A DNA stretch of 64,000 nt from Psilocybe cubensis (GCA_017499595.2 CM038998.1:1550001-1614000), one strand, 5' to 3'; counted from the first letter of the stretch, positions 49,346 through 63,242 are shown. Numbers and translations: made by a program. The notes: a model not told the origin generated them from the letters alone.

Positions 49346-51582
49346 TCAGGTATCATCTTTCATAATTTTCCAAGCTACGGAATGTCCACAATTATCCATA
49401 TGTTGACCACCTATGCCTGGACCAGCAAAGCAGAGAATAGGCGCCTGCAAGGTTGTAGATCCCTCTAGATATGTCCCAAATGCATCAGGATCCGTACGGT
49501 CGATGTCCACGAGGCCATGTAAACCAATGTTACTTGAGATTGCCCCGCCCTCGCTCGCCTTGTTGCTTCCTTTTGAGTCCATATCACTTCCCTCCGACTC
49601 TGAAGAATCGGGTTTCGTTGATAGGGGGTCACTATGGACAGCAAACCTCATTACCCTCACTCCGTTTGCAGCACTGGTCCGAAGTCTGGCCCGTGTGGCC
49701 TGAAGTTGTTTGATACCTTCGACCCATCCTTCTCCAAAGTGGTTCTGGATCGCCAACTGATCGTTTTCTTCAACAGGAGGGGGTAAAGTAACACATAGAG
49801 AAATCAAACTTGGCAGTGGCGGGAGTACTCTTACTCTCTCTTGTTTTTTTGCACGTTTTGTTGTGTTTTTACTCGTTGAGTTATTTCTGGACTTTTTGGA
49901 ATGCACCTGTCCGGTGACAATTTCTGCCTCTTCACTAGATTTTGGGGCGGGTGGTGAAGGTTTGGGGTATAATGGGACAGACTGGCGCGTTTCAGAAGAT
50001 TCTTGTGAACCCGAAGGCGGTACAGGAGAACTCTTCTGACCTTTTTTGTTGTAATGCGCTTGGATATCCGGAAGGCTTGCAGAAACTAACGAAGGAAAGG
50101 GCATCGAAACGGGTTTAGCCGGAGATGCCTGAGGTATTATGCTTTCGGAGCCTTCATTTTTTTTCTTGGGTGTCCGTGAGGATCCCTGGTCCGTAGTAGA
50201 GCGGGGACCAAGAGCAGGAACTGTTGTGGGGGTATCTGCAGGGATCAACGGTCGTCGTGGGGCAGCCGAAGTGACAATTTCAGCTCCACGTAAAGATATG
50301 GTGGCGGTGGCTAGCCCTCTCCTTCCAGGTTTAATTTTTCGTCCCTCATTAGAAGAACCTCCAGTACCATTCACTTCGCTGATTAGGCGGGATGCATCTC
50401 TCAACTCAAGATATTCCTTCCAAACCTTTTCTCGTTCCTTAGACCTCTGAACTCCAATCAGTGCACATCGTTTGCCGAAGGCTCTCCAATCATTGGGGTG
50501 TTGCTCTCCACGAAAGATGTTGCAATTATCTAAAAGGATGTGCTTGAGACATGGAAGTCTCACAAGCAACGAGTCGATTTCATTTTCTAGGATGGCGGTG
50601 TTGGATAGGTCGATAAATTCAAGATCTGGTAGTGGCAAACTACTCGATGGACTTGGGGGCACATTACAGAGTGCCCTTGCAACGGGGCGAGCAGGAATGC
50701 GAAATCGTAAGGAAGTCAGACAGCATAGTGCAGAGGAACGCATGAACGAGGCTACGTCGAGGCGAAAAAATACGAGGGGTTGCGCGAAACGTTTCTCTGC
50801 TACGATGCCAGTTGCATCGAAGGGATCTTGAATAATAGATAAGACAGGAAGGGTGCCGAAGGGCCATGAAGCTATGGCCTTGAGAGTAGAATCAAAGTAC
50901 GTTCCCTAAGCAGATTGTGTTAGCATACTTATTTTCCATTACAAGCATTGATCATTTTATTTACTTTGAGAAATTGCATATAAGTAGCCCTCTGTACACT
51001 TCCAAATGTGGTTATGTTCAATTGTTATGCATAACCAGATCTTTTGAACAAGAACGAATTGAAGAACACTTACTAAGGTCTAAATCTAAGTGATAAATAA
51101 CTTAAATTCGTAAGAGGTTCCTTAAATAGCTCTTCTAGATGTTCAGGTGTGAAGTTGCTGGGCCCAATCCATACGTTCAGTGATTGCAATCGAAACTTGT
51201 CCGAGCGACGTAAGAGTTGAAAAATGTTGATAAGAACTTCAGCATCTGCGACCCATGACTCGATGGTTATCTCGTTGATCCATGAAGCAATTTGATCCAG
51301 ATGAGAGTAGTTTTTTGATGCATTCGTTGTGGTGTCACTTCCCTTCCTAAGAGATCGACTCAGAGACTGGTGTAAATGAATGGCTTGATCAGGGTGTCGG
51401 ATACAGATGTGATGGTAAAGGTGGTGAATGGGAACTGGGGAAAATGGGATAGCTCGAGTAACTGCTAACACAGTTCGTTGGAGGTCCTCAGGAGCCAAGG
51501 ATCCGAAGATAGCTTCGTACAACTCTACTGGTAGCGCGTCAAAGGACATGGAGGTGAATGACAAATCATTCTCAGCCATCAT
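49346..51582 (-). CDS. F-box-like / LRR-like hypothetical protein, 2 introns
   Basis: FDALPVELYEAIF N-terminus; spliced LRFRP(Y)|VQRATYMQFLK|GTYFDSTL; LEFIDLS..LKHILLDNC; C-terminal HMDNCGH. Confidence 0.7.
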
Positions 51583-51684
51583 GATTATTAAAAATTATGA
51601 TTTCCGAGATTATTCAATTCAAATATATGTTACAACACAGAATATCTCAATGAACTAGGGTATATACAACTTGAGGAAAGGTAT

Positions 51685-52981
51685 CTATCGATTCAAGTCC
51701 AGGCCAGATGATCCGCCTTGCAAATGCCACTGTCGATCAGAAGGAACTCCTGCCACTGGGGTTGAAGGTTGATTCCACATCGGCATGTTGACGGGTCCCC
51801 CGCCAACACCAGCACCCATACCTCTCCCAACGCCACCTATAAACCCACCTCTTTGTTGTGCACCACCAAAGATAGCCGTTCTCCTCGCTTGCTGGCCCGC
51901 TCGCATCCCTGGTTGTATTTCCATGGCCCTTTGCAGATTACCGATTTGCTGACCGTTTGCATCCCAGTATATTGGTCTATTGGCAGAAAATTGGTCCATA
52001 TTTGGAGGTTGCCGCCGAGAGTTGGCGAGATATGTTGAGTTGCGCCCGCTCTCTATTCTATCCGCATCCACAGTTAGGCCGCGAGAGGTCATACTGGCCT
52101 CGTCTATTCCTAGCATCCGTCGTAGCTCTTCGTTTTCTCTTTCTAATCTTGATATTTCACATTCCCGTTCAAGAGCCCAGTCTTGACGTCCCTCTATTCC
52201 CGGGTAACCACCTGTACCACGTTCGTCCAGGGCCTCCAAAAGGTTACTTAGCTCTTGCAAATCCACACCATTTATACTTGCACCATCATAATCCGGATCA
52301 GGATTCTGAAACGGGTCGTAGTTTTCTCCAGCCATAGTTTTGAGTAGACCGCGAAGGTAAAGGGATAGGCGGTGCAGCGATTGCGTGATGTTGGGACTGA
52401 GGACAAATCTAGATGAAGCATTTTGAGAGTCATGAGCAGCGAGCAGAGTTTCGTAATGTCGTGTCAGAGTTAGCTCATGCTGTTGGGCGGCAAGCTACAG
52501 ATAACATATGAGACAGGCCGAAAGCATGGGGGATATAACCTACAGCATGATTCCGGAATTTGGACATAATGGTGTCCATTGTGCCCTCATATTCTTTTAG
52601 CAGAAGGCTGAGTTGTTTATTTTCGTGCAGTAATGTTTGGTTTTCGATTATAATTTGGGCATTTAACCTCTCCAATTCTGATTCAAAAAGCTCTAGAGGA
52701 ATAGATTAACGGTGTTAACCAATAGTCATTCACGAGTTAGTTTGCACCTTTGGAAATATCTGCATTGACGCGACGCAATGCGAACCCAGCAGTGGCTTGG
52801 GTTGCTTGTTCCTGGAGCATTTAATTACTATTAGCAGAACTCGAATCTTAATGGTGTCCGTACTCGCCTTTAATACCCCAGCTTGAGACTGCAATGCGGC
52901 CGTAAGCTTCTGGTTGTGAGCCAACTGTTCGCTCAGCTCGTTGACCACCTGCCAAACGAGCACAAGTGCGTCGTTTTCCAT
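51685..52981 (-). CDS. SIKE/Far3-like coiled-coil protein (possible STRIPAK subunit), 3 introns
   Basis: [81 protein letters not shown]; alternative in-frame ATG at 53050. Confidence 0.65.
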
Positions 52982-53375
52982 ACTGACGTGCTGGGAATGA
53001 GTTTGTTCTGTATTGGTTGAGGTCAATCCGAGAGGCCAGGCCGTGTGCATCACTTTGCATTAGTGGCGGAGGCGTTATGTCGTTCAGGGGTTTTAGCCAA
53101 GCACGGTGTCACAGCCACCTGCGTTAGGTCTTGTCTTCTTAAAATCGATAAATTAACCCAGAATTTCTCGGAAATAACAATCACTTGAATTTGACTTTGA
53201 AGACATACACTACATATTACATAAAGAGATTTGGAAGATATTGATTGGCACTTCACAGCTAGGCTACTTGAACCCAAAGCGATTCAGTTGTTACCTAGCA
53301 GCAGGTCGGGTACAAAAAGCGAAAAGAAAAAGTCAAGAGAGTAAACATATGCACATAGAGAATCATGAGAAAGAA

Positions 53376-54957
53376 TCAGTCCGATAAATCGTTAGAAGGG
53401 TCATCCAACAGACAGTCAGCATAGTCCTGCATCATTTAATTTAGCGAGAGTGAGTTACATGAAGGGTATCAAACTTACATCAAGGTTCACCTCTTGGGTG
53501 GTGACTGGAACTAAAGGGGGCACGGCACAAAGTACTTTCATCGGAGACTTTGCCCCAGAAAGGTGGGGATATGGTGCGACCGTGTGATTAGACGATGGAG
53601 GGTCAGCTTTGGTTTTTGTTGGACCACTCTTCTGAGGGGATGGCAATGCAGGCTTCCCCTTATTTGCTTTGTCTGGGGAACTGAACGACTGAACAGAACT
53701 AGAGGCGGGAGGAAACAGAGGCGAAATATGGAAAGGTGACGAGGTCTGATTTGTAGCCAATGTAGAGTGAGTGCAAGCTTTCAGTGAACTCTGGAGAGAA
53801 GCTCCTTTGCTCTTGATCGACTTTGAGGGTGTTGATGTCGTTGATGAAAGTTTTTGCATTTTGGCCGGAGATTCGGACAGGTCTGCATCATCTCCCTCTA
53901 CCATTTTATCGGGAGCTAAAACCGTCAACTTCGTGATAGGAGTGTGAGGATCACTGGGCATCTCCATTAACTTGCGCTGAAGTTGTTTTTCGATTGCTTC
54001 CCAAGGTCGTTCATCGACTCGAGGTTTGACAGCGCCTTGGTTTGCCATAAAATCTGCGCCATCATTACCAATATCTCCACTGTGCCCTTTGACGTATTCT
54101 AATACAACCTTCTGTCCCATTTTCCCTCGAAGATCAAGATGAGCCGAAATACAACGTATGATTCCGGCGTTTTTTACATCGCTACCCGTAGAGCTTTTCC
54201 AGTTATTGTTGCGCCATGTGTTGATCCAGGTTCGGAAGCCTTTTAAAGAGTGTAAGTGCTTGCTGATATGAAAAAGGACCAATGAACTGACACTGGATAG
54301 AATACTGGGAGTCTGTTCTAATCAACAAAGGTTTTTTCGTCTGGGGTGTACTTTCTAAAACGCGCAGTATTGCCTACAGAATGTTAATCGAAAGACACGA
54401 CATAAATGAGATAGACAAACTATTAATTCTGCGCGATTATTGGTCTGGTCACCTGGACAACGCTCTGCAATGTTTCTACAGAGAATTAACATAATCATAG
54501 ATGAATAATTGAATGTGTCCTTACCTTGGGTCGTTATGCCCCCACCATACACCCACACCTGCGTATGATCCTTCTTTACCGTTGCCTTTGCAAGCACCAT
54601 CACTATAAACAACATCCCAACCAGTGACATCGTCCACTTGTGGACCAAAGTCTAACTCTCGCTTTTTTGAAGTGGAATCGCCGGGAGCATGGCTTGTCGT
54701 GATATTGGAAGGACCCGCTTCTGCGTTGCTTGATGATGGTGAATCTTCCGATATAAAACCCTCTGCCTCTGCCAAAGTTGAAAACTTCTTATGTTCGGCT
54801 CCAGGGAATTCGTTTATCTGCGCTTTACACTCAGGCCTAGCTAAGCAATGAGTATCATTAACATCAATAAAAATGAGCTTACTAACCAGGTTTTGTATAT
54901 CCCTGGTATTCTTCCTTTTCGTACAGCATAGTACCCTCCAATGCCTTTGGGTGCCAT
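53376..54957 (-). CDS. RNH1: Ribonuclease H1 (hybrid-binding domain + RNase H domain + low-complexity C-tail)
   Basis: GYYAVRKGRIPGIYKTW (HBD), VYSDGACKGNG, QTNNRAEL, TDSQY, YVKGHSGDIGNDGAD catalytic D/E/D/D. Confidence 0.93.
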
Positions 54958-55185
54958 CTTTAAGGAATGTTTGATCAAAGATTTAGTAACGACCGGCAAA
55001 TGGATGCGTAGTAAGACAGATGGGTATATACGCCTTCTCAGCGAGAGAATTCGTAGAAATCTGTCCAGTTTCGTGGGTTCGAGGTGAAGCGAGCAAGTTG
55101 AAGTAGGGTTGAACGTTGAACCGCTGAATAGTGGTTGGTGGTTGAAGATCAACTACACGATGTAAGTAATTATTAATTAAAATAT

Positions 55186-55223
55186 TCACGTGACGTGACA
55201 GACGCGACAAGAAATGGCGCGTC
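55186..55223. promoter_or_regulatory. E-box plus CGCG motifs upstream of RNase H1
   Basis: TCACGTGA 55186-55193, then gacgcgac and ggcgcgtc. Confidence 0.35.
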
Positions 55224-55489
55224 TATACATACGCTTAGGAAGTCCAGGCGGCGGGACCAAGATACAGAGACGAGTTTCAGGTAGAAAATTGTGAGTGGTA
55301 TGGTACAATATATACATGGCACGGATGTGCGCAATTTCTTTAAGACAAGAAGGTTGGTAATTATATAAATACTCAGGATCTAGTATCATAAAGGACATGC
55401 CATCAAACTTTTTATATGCGACGATCGTCGACGTCCTACACAAGGAACACCCTCATGGGACAATAAATTGGATAACAGAACATGATCGA

Positions 55490-58400
55490 TCAACTGTCTC
55501 CAAACATAATTTTGAGGTTTTGGATGCTTTCTGGATCAGCTTTCCCACTTCCTCGAAATGCTTCGTTAACAATCGCCGTTTTACGTTTCTGGATTTGTAA
55601 GATGCGGTTCTCGATAGTTTTTGACACCTATGCGATGTGTGAGGTCTTCGAAAATGAGATGAAGGCAGTATACGGCATACGATAAAGTGTTTTACATATA
55701 CTGTTTTGTTTTGTCCTATTCTGTGCACGCGGTCGATAGCTGACAACGTTTGTTGTGTGCATTGTTCACTACAAGGTGCAAACATGCACTAACCTTGATT
55801 TTCCGTGGCGGAGTTCCACCAACAATCCATCTAGCAAATATCAGAATTATTCTTCCAGGATCAAGCAATATTTTCGTACCATGAACACATAATTTGCATT
55901 TGTGAGCTATAATTGAATCAAAACGACGATGAAGACAGATCATATAGTAAAAAACCCACATTCAGCCCAACGCCACCAGCTTTGAGACTAACCACCAAAA
56001 CTTTTGGTTTGCGAGAGAAGGATTTGAACTCATTGACTGCGGCGCTCTTCTTCTTCACATCCATCGTTCCATCAAAGCGGTACTGATCAAACCTTTCTCT
56101 TTCTAATGCGACCTGGATAAGGTCGAGGAAGCTTGTAAATTGTGAGAAAACTACAGCTCTGAAGCATGGGTCTTGCTCCCTTAGTTGCCCTGTAGTATCA
56201 ATCACTCAGAAAAACGGGATATCAAATGTAAAAATTTCCCTTACTCAGATTCCGGACCAGAGCGTCGAGTTTTGTTGAAGTTTGAAAGTCGTTCTTTCTC
56301 AACATAACCGGCGTATCAGAAGACTGTGAACTTGACATCCCCTGGTTCTTGCCTTTCTTCACAATCTCTACCAAGTCGGTGCTCTATGCAAAATTGGTTT
56401 AGACAAATATGGCTCGTTCAAAGGGAGATATACCTTTATGGGCCCTTCTGAGCAGGTTGGGCAGTTAGCGACTTGCCGCTTCTCCTCACAGATACCAATG
56501 TACGATACAATGCAATCTTTGCAACTATAAACACTCTTATTAGTGCAAATTGTCTTCGAAGTACTTGTAGACATACAACTGGTGCATACAACGCGGAATG
56601 ACCATCGGGATTTCCATCTCGTTGAAGCAGATAGGGCATTCGGCAAGATCGTTGCCACTAAGGTTTGTAACGAAATGTTCAACGAATGCACTCGAATTGC
56701 CATCTCCTGCTTGCTCGCCATCCGCAAACTTTTCAATGAGTTCGTTGATTGTGACCTTTTTGCCACCATCCTGTGGAAACGTGGAGTGTTCTTCATCTTC
56801 TTTGCCAAGGACAAGGCTAGGATGAAGCACTGCTCTCCGCAACCTAGCACATAAAATTAGAGGGGCAATAATTTAACTTCTACAATTTCAGTACCTCATA
56901 AGCATTGCCAAAATGTGAGTGTAATTTTTGCTGACCAACCCTTTCGCATCAAGGCGCTCAAAGTCCTTCTTGGCAGAAAGATATATGGAGTCGTAAATCT
57001 TTCTTTCCAACGGCGAAAATTCGAGCTCTTCGACAATTACCTTCCATTTTGATCAGTCAAACAACATTTAAAAAACACATAACAGCATTACCTCTTTAGG
57101 TGGCAACTCTACAATCATCTTTCCATCCTGATCCCGCATATTCTTCTCTCTTCGTAAAAGAATACTTTCGAGAATGACCTGTACAACCTCGATTGCCTTT
57201 GGGTCGCGAGACAGAAAGGGAATTGTAATGAATCTAGAAAACATGATCCCCAAGTAGTGCAATCAAATGAAAGGACTACTCACGAACGGAAAAATGAAAA
57301 CTCCGACCATGGTTTAAAGTCAAGGAATTTCCTGGCGACAAAACCATGAGCACAAGTACTGGAGAAGAAACTTCACACCCACAGCAACGAAAAAAGATCT
57401 TCTAGTTTGTTTACGATGGGTGTCCCTAGAAACCGACAAAAGTCCTTCAGTTGTATAGAATTGGGGGAAGAAAAGGTACCTGTAACGGCCCATCTCCGTT
57501 TAGCATTAAGTGCATAAACAGCTTTTGCTGTTTTACTTGTCCTCGATTTACATGCATGTGCCTCATCGAGGATTATCCTCAGCCAACAGACTAAAAGCCA
57601 TAAACACACTTTTGCTGTATCGGGATCAAAGTTACTCACTTTCGAAGATCGGCGATTTGACTTTACTGGAGCGATCCATTTTTGCGTGCTCAGAGGCAAG
57701 AACTCCGTAAGAAGTCACAACTACTTTGATAACATTGCCGCGATCGTCTTCGTCACATTCCAAAAGGTCCTCGAGGTCCTGTCGATTTTGTCCATGCCAG
57801 ACTATGACTTGCATTCTACCAGGTTTACATGATCGTTGAAGTTCTTCCGACCACTGAGTGAGTAGTGATGTAGGGGCAACTACTAATGTGGCAGACGCTG
57901 GTTGAGATGTTTGTTGTTTCCTTTGATTGACTGTACGGAAGGCGCTGTTCAATTTCAGCTGTTTTGATTTTACTACCTGTGCAGGTTGTTCTGGTTCTTC
58001 TAAAGGAGGACTTGACTGAATAAGCGCTGATAGCATTATTGTTTTTCCCATTCCCACTTCGCAAAGGATGAACTAAGAATTGCGTATTTGTGAAAAGAAG
58101 AAATTCAAACTTACTTTCTACATAAGGGTAAAAATCCGTAGTGTGAAATATGTGAACATCGCCTCACCGTCTCTAAAGGACATCAGTTTGGGGTCAATGA
58201 AATAAAACGATGCTTACGCCAAAATGCCGCCTTGACAATTTCTTTCAGCCCTAGGGAAGTCCAATCTCAATTCACCTGAATATGGATTGAAATAAAAAGG
58301 CTTTTCTTCGGCGGTAAGATCTATCGTCTCGCCGTCCATAATTGGCTCTCCTGGAAAGGCATATCTAATGCAGACATTAACGACAAGTTCGATTCACAGT

Positions 58401-60042
58401 ATTCTCCTTACTGGTTCCACAATGGATGCATTGACGAGGCTTCACGTGCATCCATGGTCCCTGTTTCAAGAGAGTGCATCCATCTATTGGGATGGATTAT
58501 GCTTTGTAAGAAATAATCTTATGGTTTTTGAAAGAATGAACCCACCGCAATGCCTGTTTCTGATAGCCACGGAGTGTAAGGCTGAATGAATCCGATGGTT
58601 CCATTTCAGCCATTGTCCGGTCGTTATGTTGTGCCCTGCGACTTGATTCAGGAAGCTATCCAGAGACAGATTAGGCGACAGTCACCTCGAATAGATAGCG
58701 TCAATTTCATTTTTGGTCAGTTCTTCAGAATCATCTACTTCAATCTCCTCATCATCCCCCACTATTTCTTTGACTTTCCTTACAGGCCGCTTGGCCAGTT
58801 TTTGAAGATTTTCTTCATGTGACATCTCATTTGTTTGGACATTGGCGCCTGCTTGAGGTCGAAGACCAAGTACTTCAAACATTTTCACGACTGCTTGTTT
58901 TCGTTCACGGAGTATTCTGCATTTGGATGTTATTATGTGCAATGACTGTAAAAAATCGGCGTCTTACGTCTCTTCCTCTGTCTCAAGGCCTTCATTGAAT
59001 CCTAGATGCACTGGATCATCATTGCCAAAGGTTCTCTTGAGTGGTTTGAAGGCAGAAGCAATCAAATACATGTGTAGAGTTACAATGAGGCTGGCACCTG
59101 TTGTCAGTTTCTCAGGACAGTCAGTCATAACACCTCTAATTTCAACAATATCTTGGATATATAAGCTAAAGCGAAAGAGAATAGAAATCTAGACCTACTG
59201 TTTTCCAGCAGTTTCGCGATCCACCACGAAGTGTCCGTCGCCAGTCTGCCAAACTCTTAAGGATTGTCAATAACCGTCATATTTCAATGAATACATGACA
59301 GACCAAAGCCCTTATTATTGACTAAACGCACGATTGTATCGCTTTTTTTCTTCTTCGAGTTGTTGAATTTTACAGGTTGAGGTTTAAGCATATTGGAAAG
59401 GGTAATTTGTCGTTTCCCGTCGGTTTTCTTTTTGCTACTTGAGGACGTTGAGGCCTCAGCTTTATCTGAGCTCGCATAATTCTGCTGTTCTCTTTTGACG
59501 TGGATAGAGTCATTGATTTTCACATAACCCCTACCAGAAACAGTACTCCAAGCGTTCGGAACAACGAGCTCGCCTATGTAAGTGGGCATAAAGGCATCGA
59601 TGACCTGGGATGTTGGTGTATCGGAGACAAAAGAAATAGAGCACTCCTTCGCGGAAGATATGTCCTTCTTCTCTTTAGATGAGGAAGTGACCTCTTCGGG
59701 ATCGATTTTCTTTTGTTTCTTTCGAGACAAACCCGGATCCTCAATTATTTCGATGTCGGAATCATTGTCGAAAATCTGGCGTTTTTGCGGAACTACATTA
59801 TCTTCTTCTTCGTATATATTCATGTTTTTGTCATCATCGTCATCGTCATCCAGGAATAATGGCTCGTTGAAGGGAGAAGATCGCGACGTTGAAGGAGTCT
59901 GAGGAGCGGTGGGAATACTAGGACTCCGAGTCTCCACATTCAAAGGGATATTCTCATCGTCTACTTCATCTTCATCGTCTGACCCAGCAAAAAAGAGACC
60001 AGGAGGAGGGGATTTTGGTATTGTAGCATTGGAGTCTGTCAT
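55490..60042 (-). CDS. RAD5: DNA repair protein Rad5 (HIRAN + Snf2 helicase + RING), multi-exon with micro-exons
   Basis: HIRAN-like region (WSTVSG..IVRL..EFGRL), [95 protein letters not shown]. Confidence 0.95.
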
Positions 60043-60072
60043 TAGAAGTGTGTGTGTTGGACTAAATAATTG

Positions 60073-60109
60073 ACGCGCTATACGGCACTGGACGCGTCTA
60101 AAAACGCGT
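60073..60109. promoter_or_regulatory. MCB-like cluster in the RAD5/CCT7 bidirectional promoter
   Basis: ACGCGC 60073, ACGCGT 60092, ACGCGT 60104 within a 174-bp spacer. Confidence 0.55.
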
Positions 60110-60216
60110 AATGACTAACAAGACCAAACAGACTCGAAATATTGTACATCTCGGAGGCGATCTACATTTCTTTCCAATAGATCGTCTACAGTTCCAACCT
60201 CGTACGACTTTCCAAA

Positions 60217-62161
60217 ATGCAACGTGGTCTACCGATGGTAAGCAGCGCTTTACATTCGCCGGATGTGTACTCATATCGTTTTTAGCAACCGACTGTCGTG
60301 TTACTCAAAGAGGGTACGGACGCCTCACAAGGGAAGCCGCAGTTACTCTCCAACATATCGGCATGTCTCGCAATCGCAGAGACTCTGTCCAGCACCCTTG
60401 GTCCAAGGGGTATGGACAAGCTCATTGTGAACGAAAGGGGCGAAGCTCAAATCACGAACGATGGTGCTACAATTCTGAAATTGTTGGATATAGTACATCC
60501 TGCAGCGCGGACACTTGTCGACATTGCCAGGGCTCAGGATGCTGAGGTGGGAGATGGGACTACTAGCGTGGTTCTTCTAGCTGCGCAATTGTTGAAAGAA
60601 GTTAGGACCTTGATCGAGGAAGGTGTCAGTCCTCATATCATCATGAAGGGTTTCAGGCAGGCATCGCAGCTAGTACGCGTCATTTTCTTTTTTGTCTTTT
60701 GCATATCCATACTGATGACCTGCAGGCGCTTAAACGTATCAAAGAACTTCAAATTACTGTTGATAAAACGGATCCAGAGTACGAATATCATTTTCCCGAT
60801 GTCCCCACCACTCATCGATGAACTTTAGACGTTTCCGTTCTCTTCTTTTGAAATGCGCGTCAACTTCGATGTCTTCGAAACTCATTCACTCAGAAAAGCC
60901 ATTTTTCTCAAAGATGGTTGTTGATGCCGTCGAATGTTTGGATCAAGATGATCTGGACGAATCCCTCATCGGTGTCAAGAAGGTTGCTGGGGGCGGTTTG
61001 CAGGACTCTCTGCTTGTCAAGGGAGTCGCGTTCAAAAAAACCTTTACCTATGCTGGCGCTGAACAGCAACCAAAACATTTTGTCGATCCCCTTGTTTTAT
61101 GTTTGAACGTCGAGCTGGAGCTCAAGGCCGAAAAAGACAACGCAGAAGTGCGCGTGGATGCTGTTTCGGATTATCAGGCCATTGTAGATGCCGAGTGGGA
61201 GATTATTTATCGCAAGTTGGAAGCGATTGAAAAGACAGGGGCCAAGGTGGTTCTCAGCAAGCTCCCCATCGGCGATTTGGCTACGCAATGGTTTGCAGAC
61301 AGGGATATTTTTTGCGCTGGACGAGTGGCCGCTGGAGATTTACGACGTGTTGTTCAAGCTGTTGGGGGCGCAATTCAATCGACCTGTTCGGATATTGGTA
61401 GAGAGCACCTTGGAACTTGTGGACTCTTCGAGGAACGTCAGATTGGAGGCGAGCGCTACAACATCTTCGAAGGTTGTCCCAAGGCCAAAACATGTACCCT
61501 GATACTCCGCGGGGGTGCCGAACAATTCATTGAAGAGGTTGAGAGGAGTCTCCACGATGCTCTAATGGTTGTTAAGAGAGCCATCCGTAACGGCGAAGTT
61601 GTCGCTGGTGGAGGAGCTATTGAAGTAAACATCACTTTCCTTCTTTCCTTCTATCCAATTTTGACAGCATTGCTTATTTTAGATGGAACTTTCAGCTCAC
61701 ATCCGCAAGCATGCCTTGAGTATACCGGGCAAACTACAGCTCGTCATTGCGGCCTTCGCAAAAGCTCTTGAAATTATTCCCAGACAAATCTGCGACAACG
61801 CTGGTTTGGACTCCACTGATATTCTCAACAAGCTGCGGATGAAACATGCTAATGGCGAAGTCTGGTACGGTGTTGACGTTGATGGAACTTCTGGTGTTCG
61901 TAACAACATGGATGCATTTGTTTGGGAGCCAAGCTTGGTGAAGATAAATGCTATTACCAGTGCAAGTGAGGCAGCGTGTTTGATTCTTAGTGTCGATGAG
62001 ACTGTCCGCAATCCTCAAAGTGAACAGGTGGGTAACTTATGGTACACTCTTCTGGTCTCTCTGATATTCATCTATTTTAGCAAAATCCCGGACCCAAAGC
62101 TCCACCAGGAACTGCTCAGCGAGCACTCAGAGGCAGAGGACGGGGAATGGGACGACGGTAG
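60217..62161 (+). CDS. CCT7: Chaperonin CCT/TRiC subunit eta
   Basis: [68 protein letters not shown]-terminal RGRGRG. Confidence 0.96.
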
Positions 62162-63242
62162 ACAAGTTAGCCGGCCCAATTGATAAAATACAACTGGACG
62201 TAAGGGTAGCCAATTTTCTATTACCTTCAATGATAATCAATGATAAAAGTAGTACTCGTTTCAGTTCATCCGTTGACAATGTCAGCCTAAATGTGCTTAA
62301 TGTCTTTCTTGTATCTATCGTAAACATATTTCAAATCAATAGCTAAAGAGATCCTCAATGTTCGAGATGGTCATGTGTTCGTGGCAAGTATTGTATTTTC
62401 TAGGTGACACCGCCTCCGTGGCACCTAGTTTCGGTTATAACATCACATAAAACATGCCAAAACATGTCGAAATTATTATTAAAGGAAGCAAATCTCAATT
62501 TTGACTCAACTTGAATGCCAATGACAGTACTATTAATTTCAAGTACTGCCTCCGTATCGTGGTCTGTCTACGAGAGACTACTGCCTTGGTAGGTGCCCGT
62601 GTGTGTGATGTAGTAGTAACGCCTCGAATTTGCAAGGATGTTATCACTTCCGAGTGACGATTGCCATACGCACCAGCTGTTGTTGATCTATTGACAAATG
62701 ACGTTAGCTTATGTGTACTCTCATGCTGATATGCAACATGCAGTCGAGTCGTCGTATTCGCTTCGGATTCTCTGCAGTTTTCAGACTGAACCGGTAAACA
62801 AAAACAACTGACTGTGACGATCATGGGAACTTAATCTGGTCACTTGAGCATCTGGGATAATAGCACCAAATAGCGTTCCCACTTCATTCTCTTCTGAAGG
62901 TGATATTGCGGCTGACCGACGCGTTTGCGAGGTCAAGCTATTTTTAGATTTGTTATCACGACACAGCTGCCCAATATGGAAGGTTGAGTGCCCAATTTAG
63001 AAGCTCTGTTGCGCAATCGAAGAGCCTGAAAACGCAATATAGACGGTATAACACGTACTTTGAGCAACATCGCTCACGCCGGTTTGATATCGACCCCAAA
63101 TCCACCCACATGTTCATTGACCTATTTTTAGAGATATGTACCACTGTAAGATAGATGATAAATAGACAGAAGCTCCATCCTGATTCGATGGTACTGTCGT
63201 TGTACTGTCGCTCTTGTTTATCGTGTCTTCGATCTAGCCATA

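Noticed and set aside
53376-54957. RNase H as a retrotransposon remnant
   Set aside because: It has introns and the cellular hybrid-binding domain; no RT, integrase or LTRs nearby
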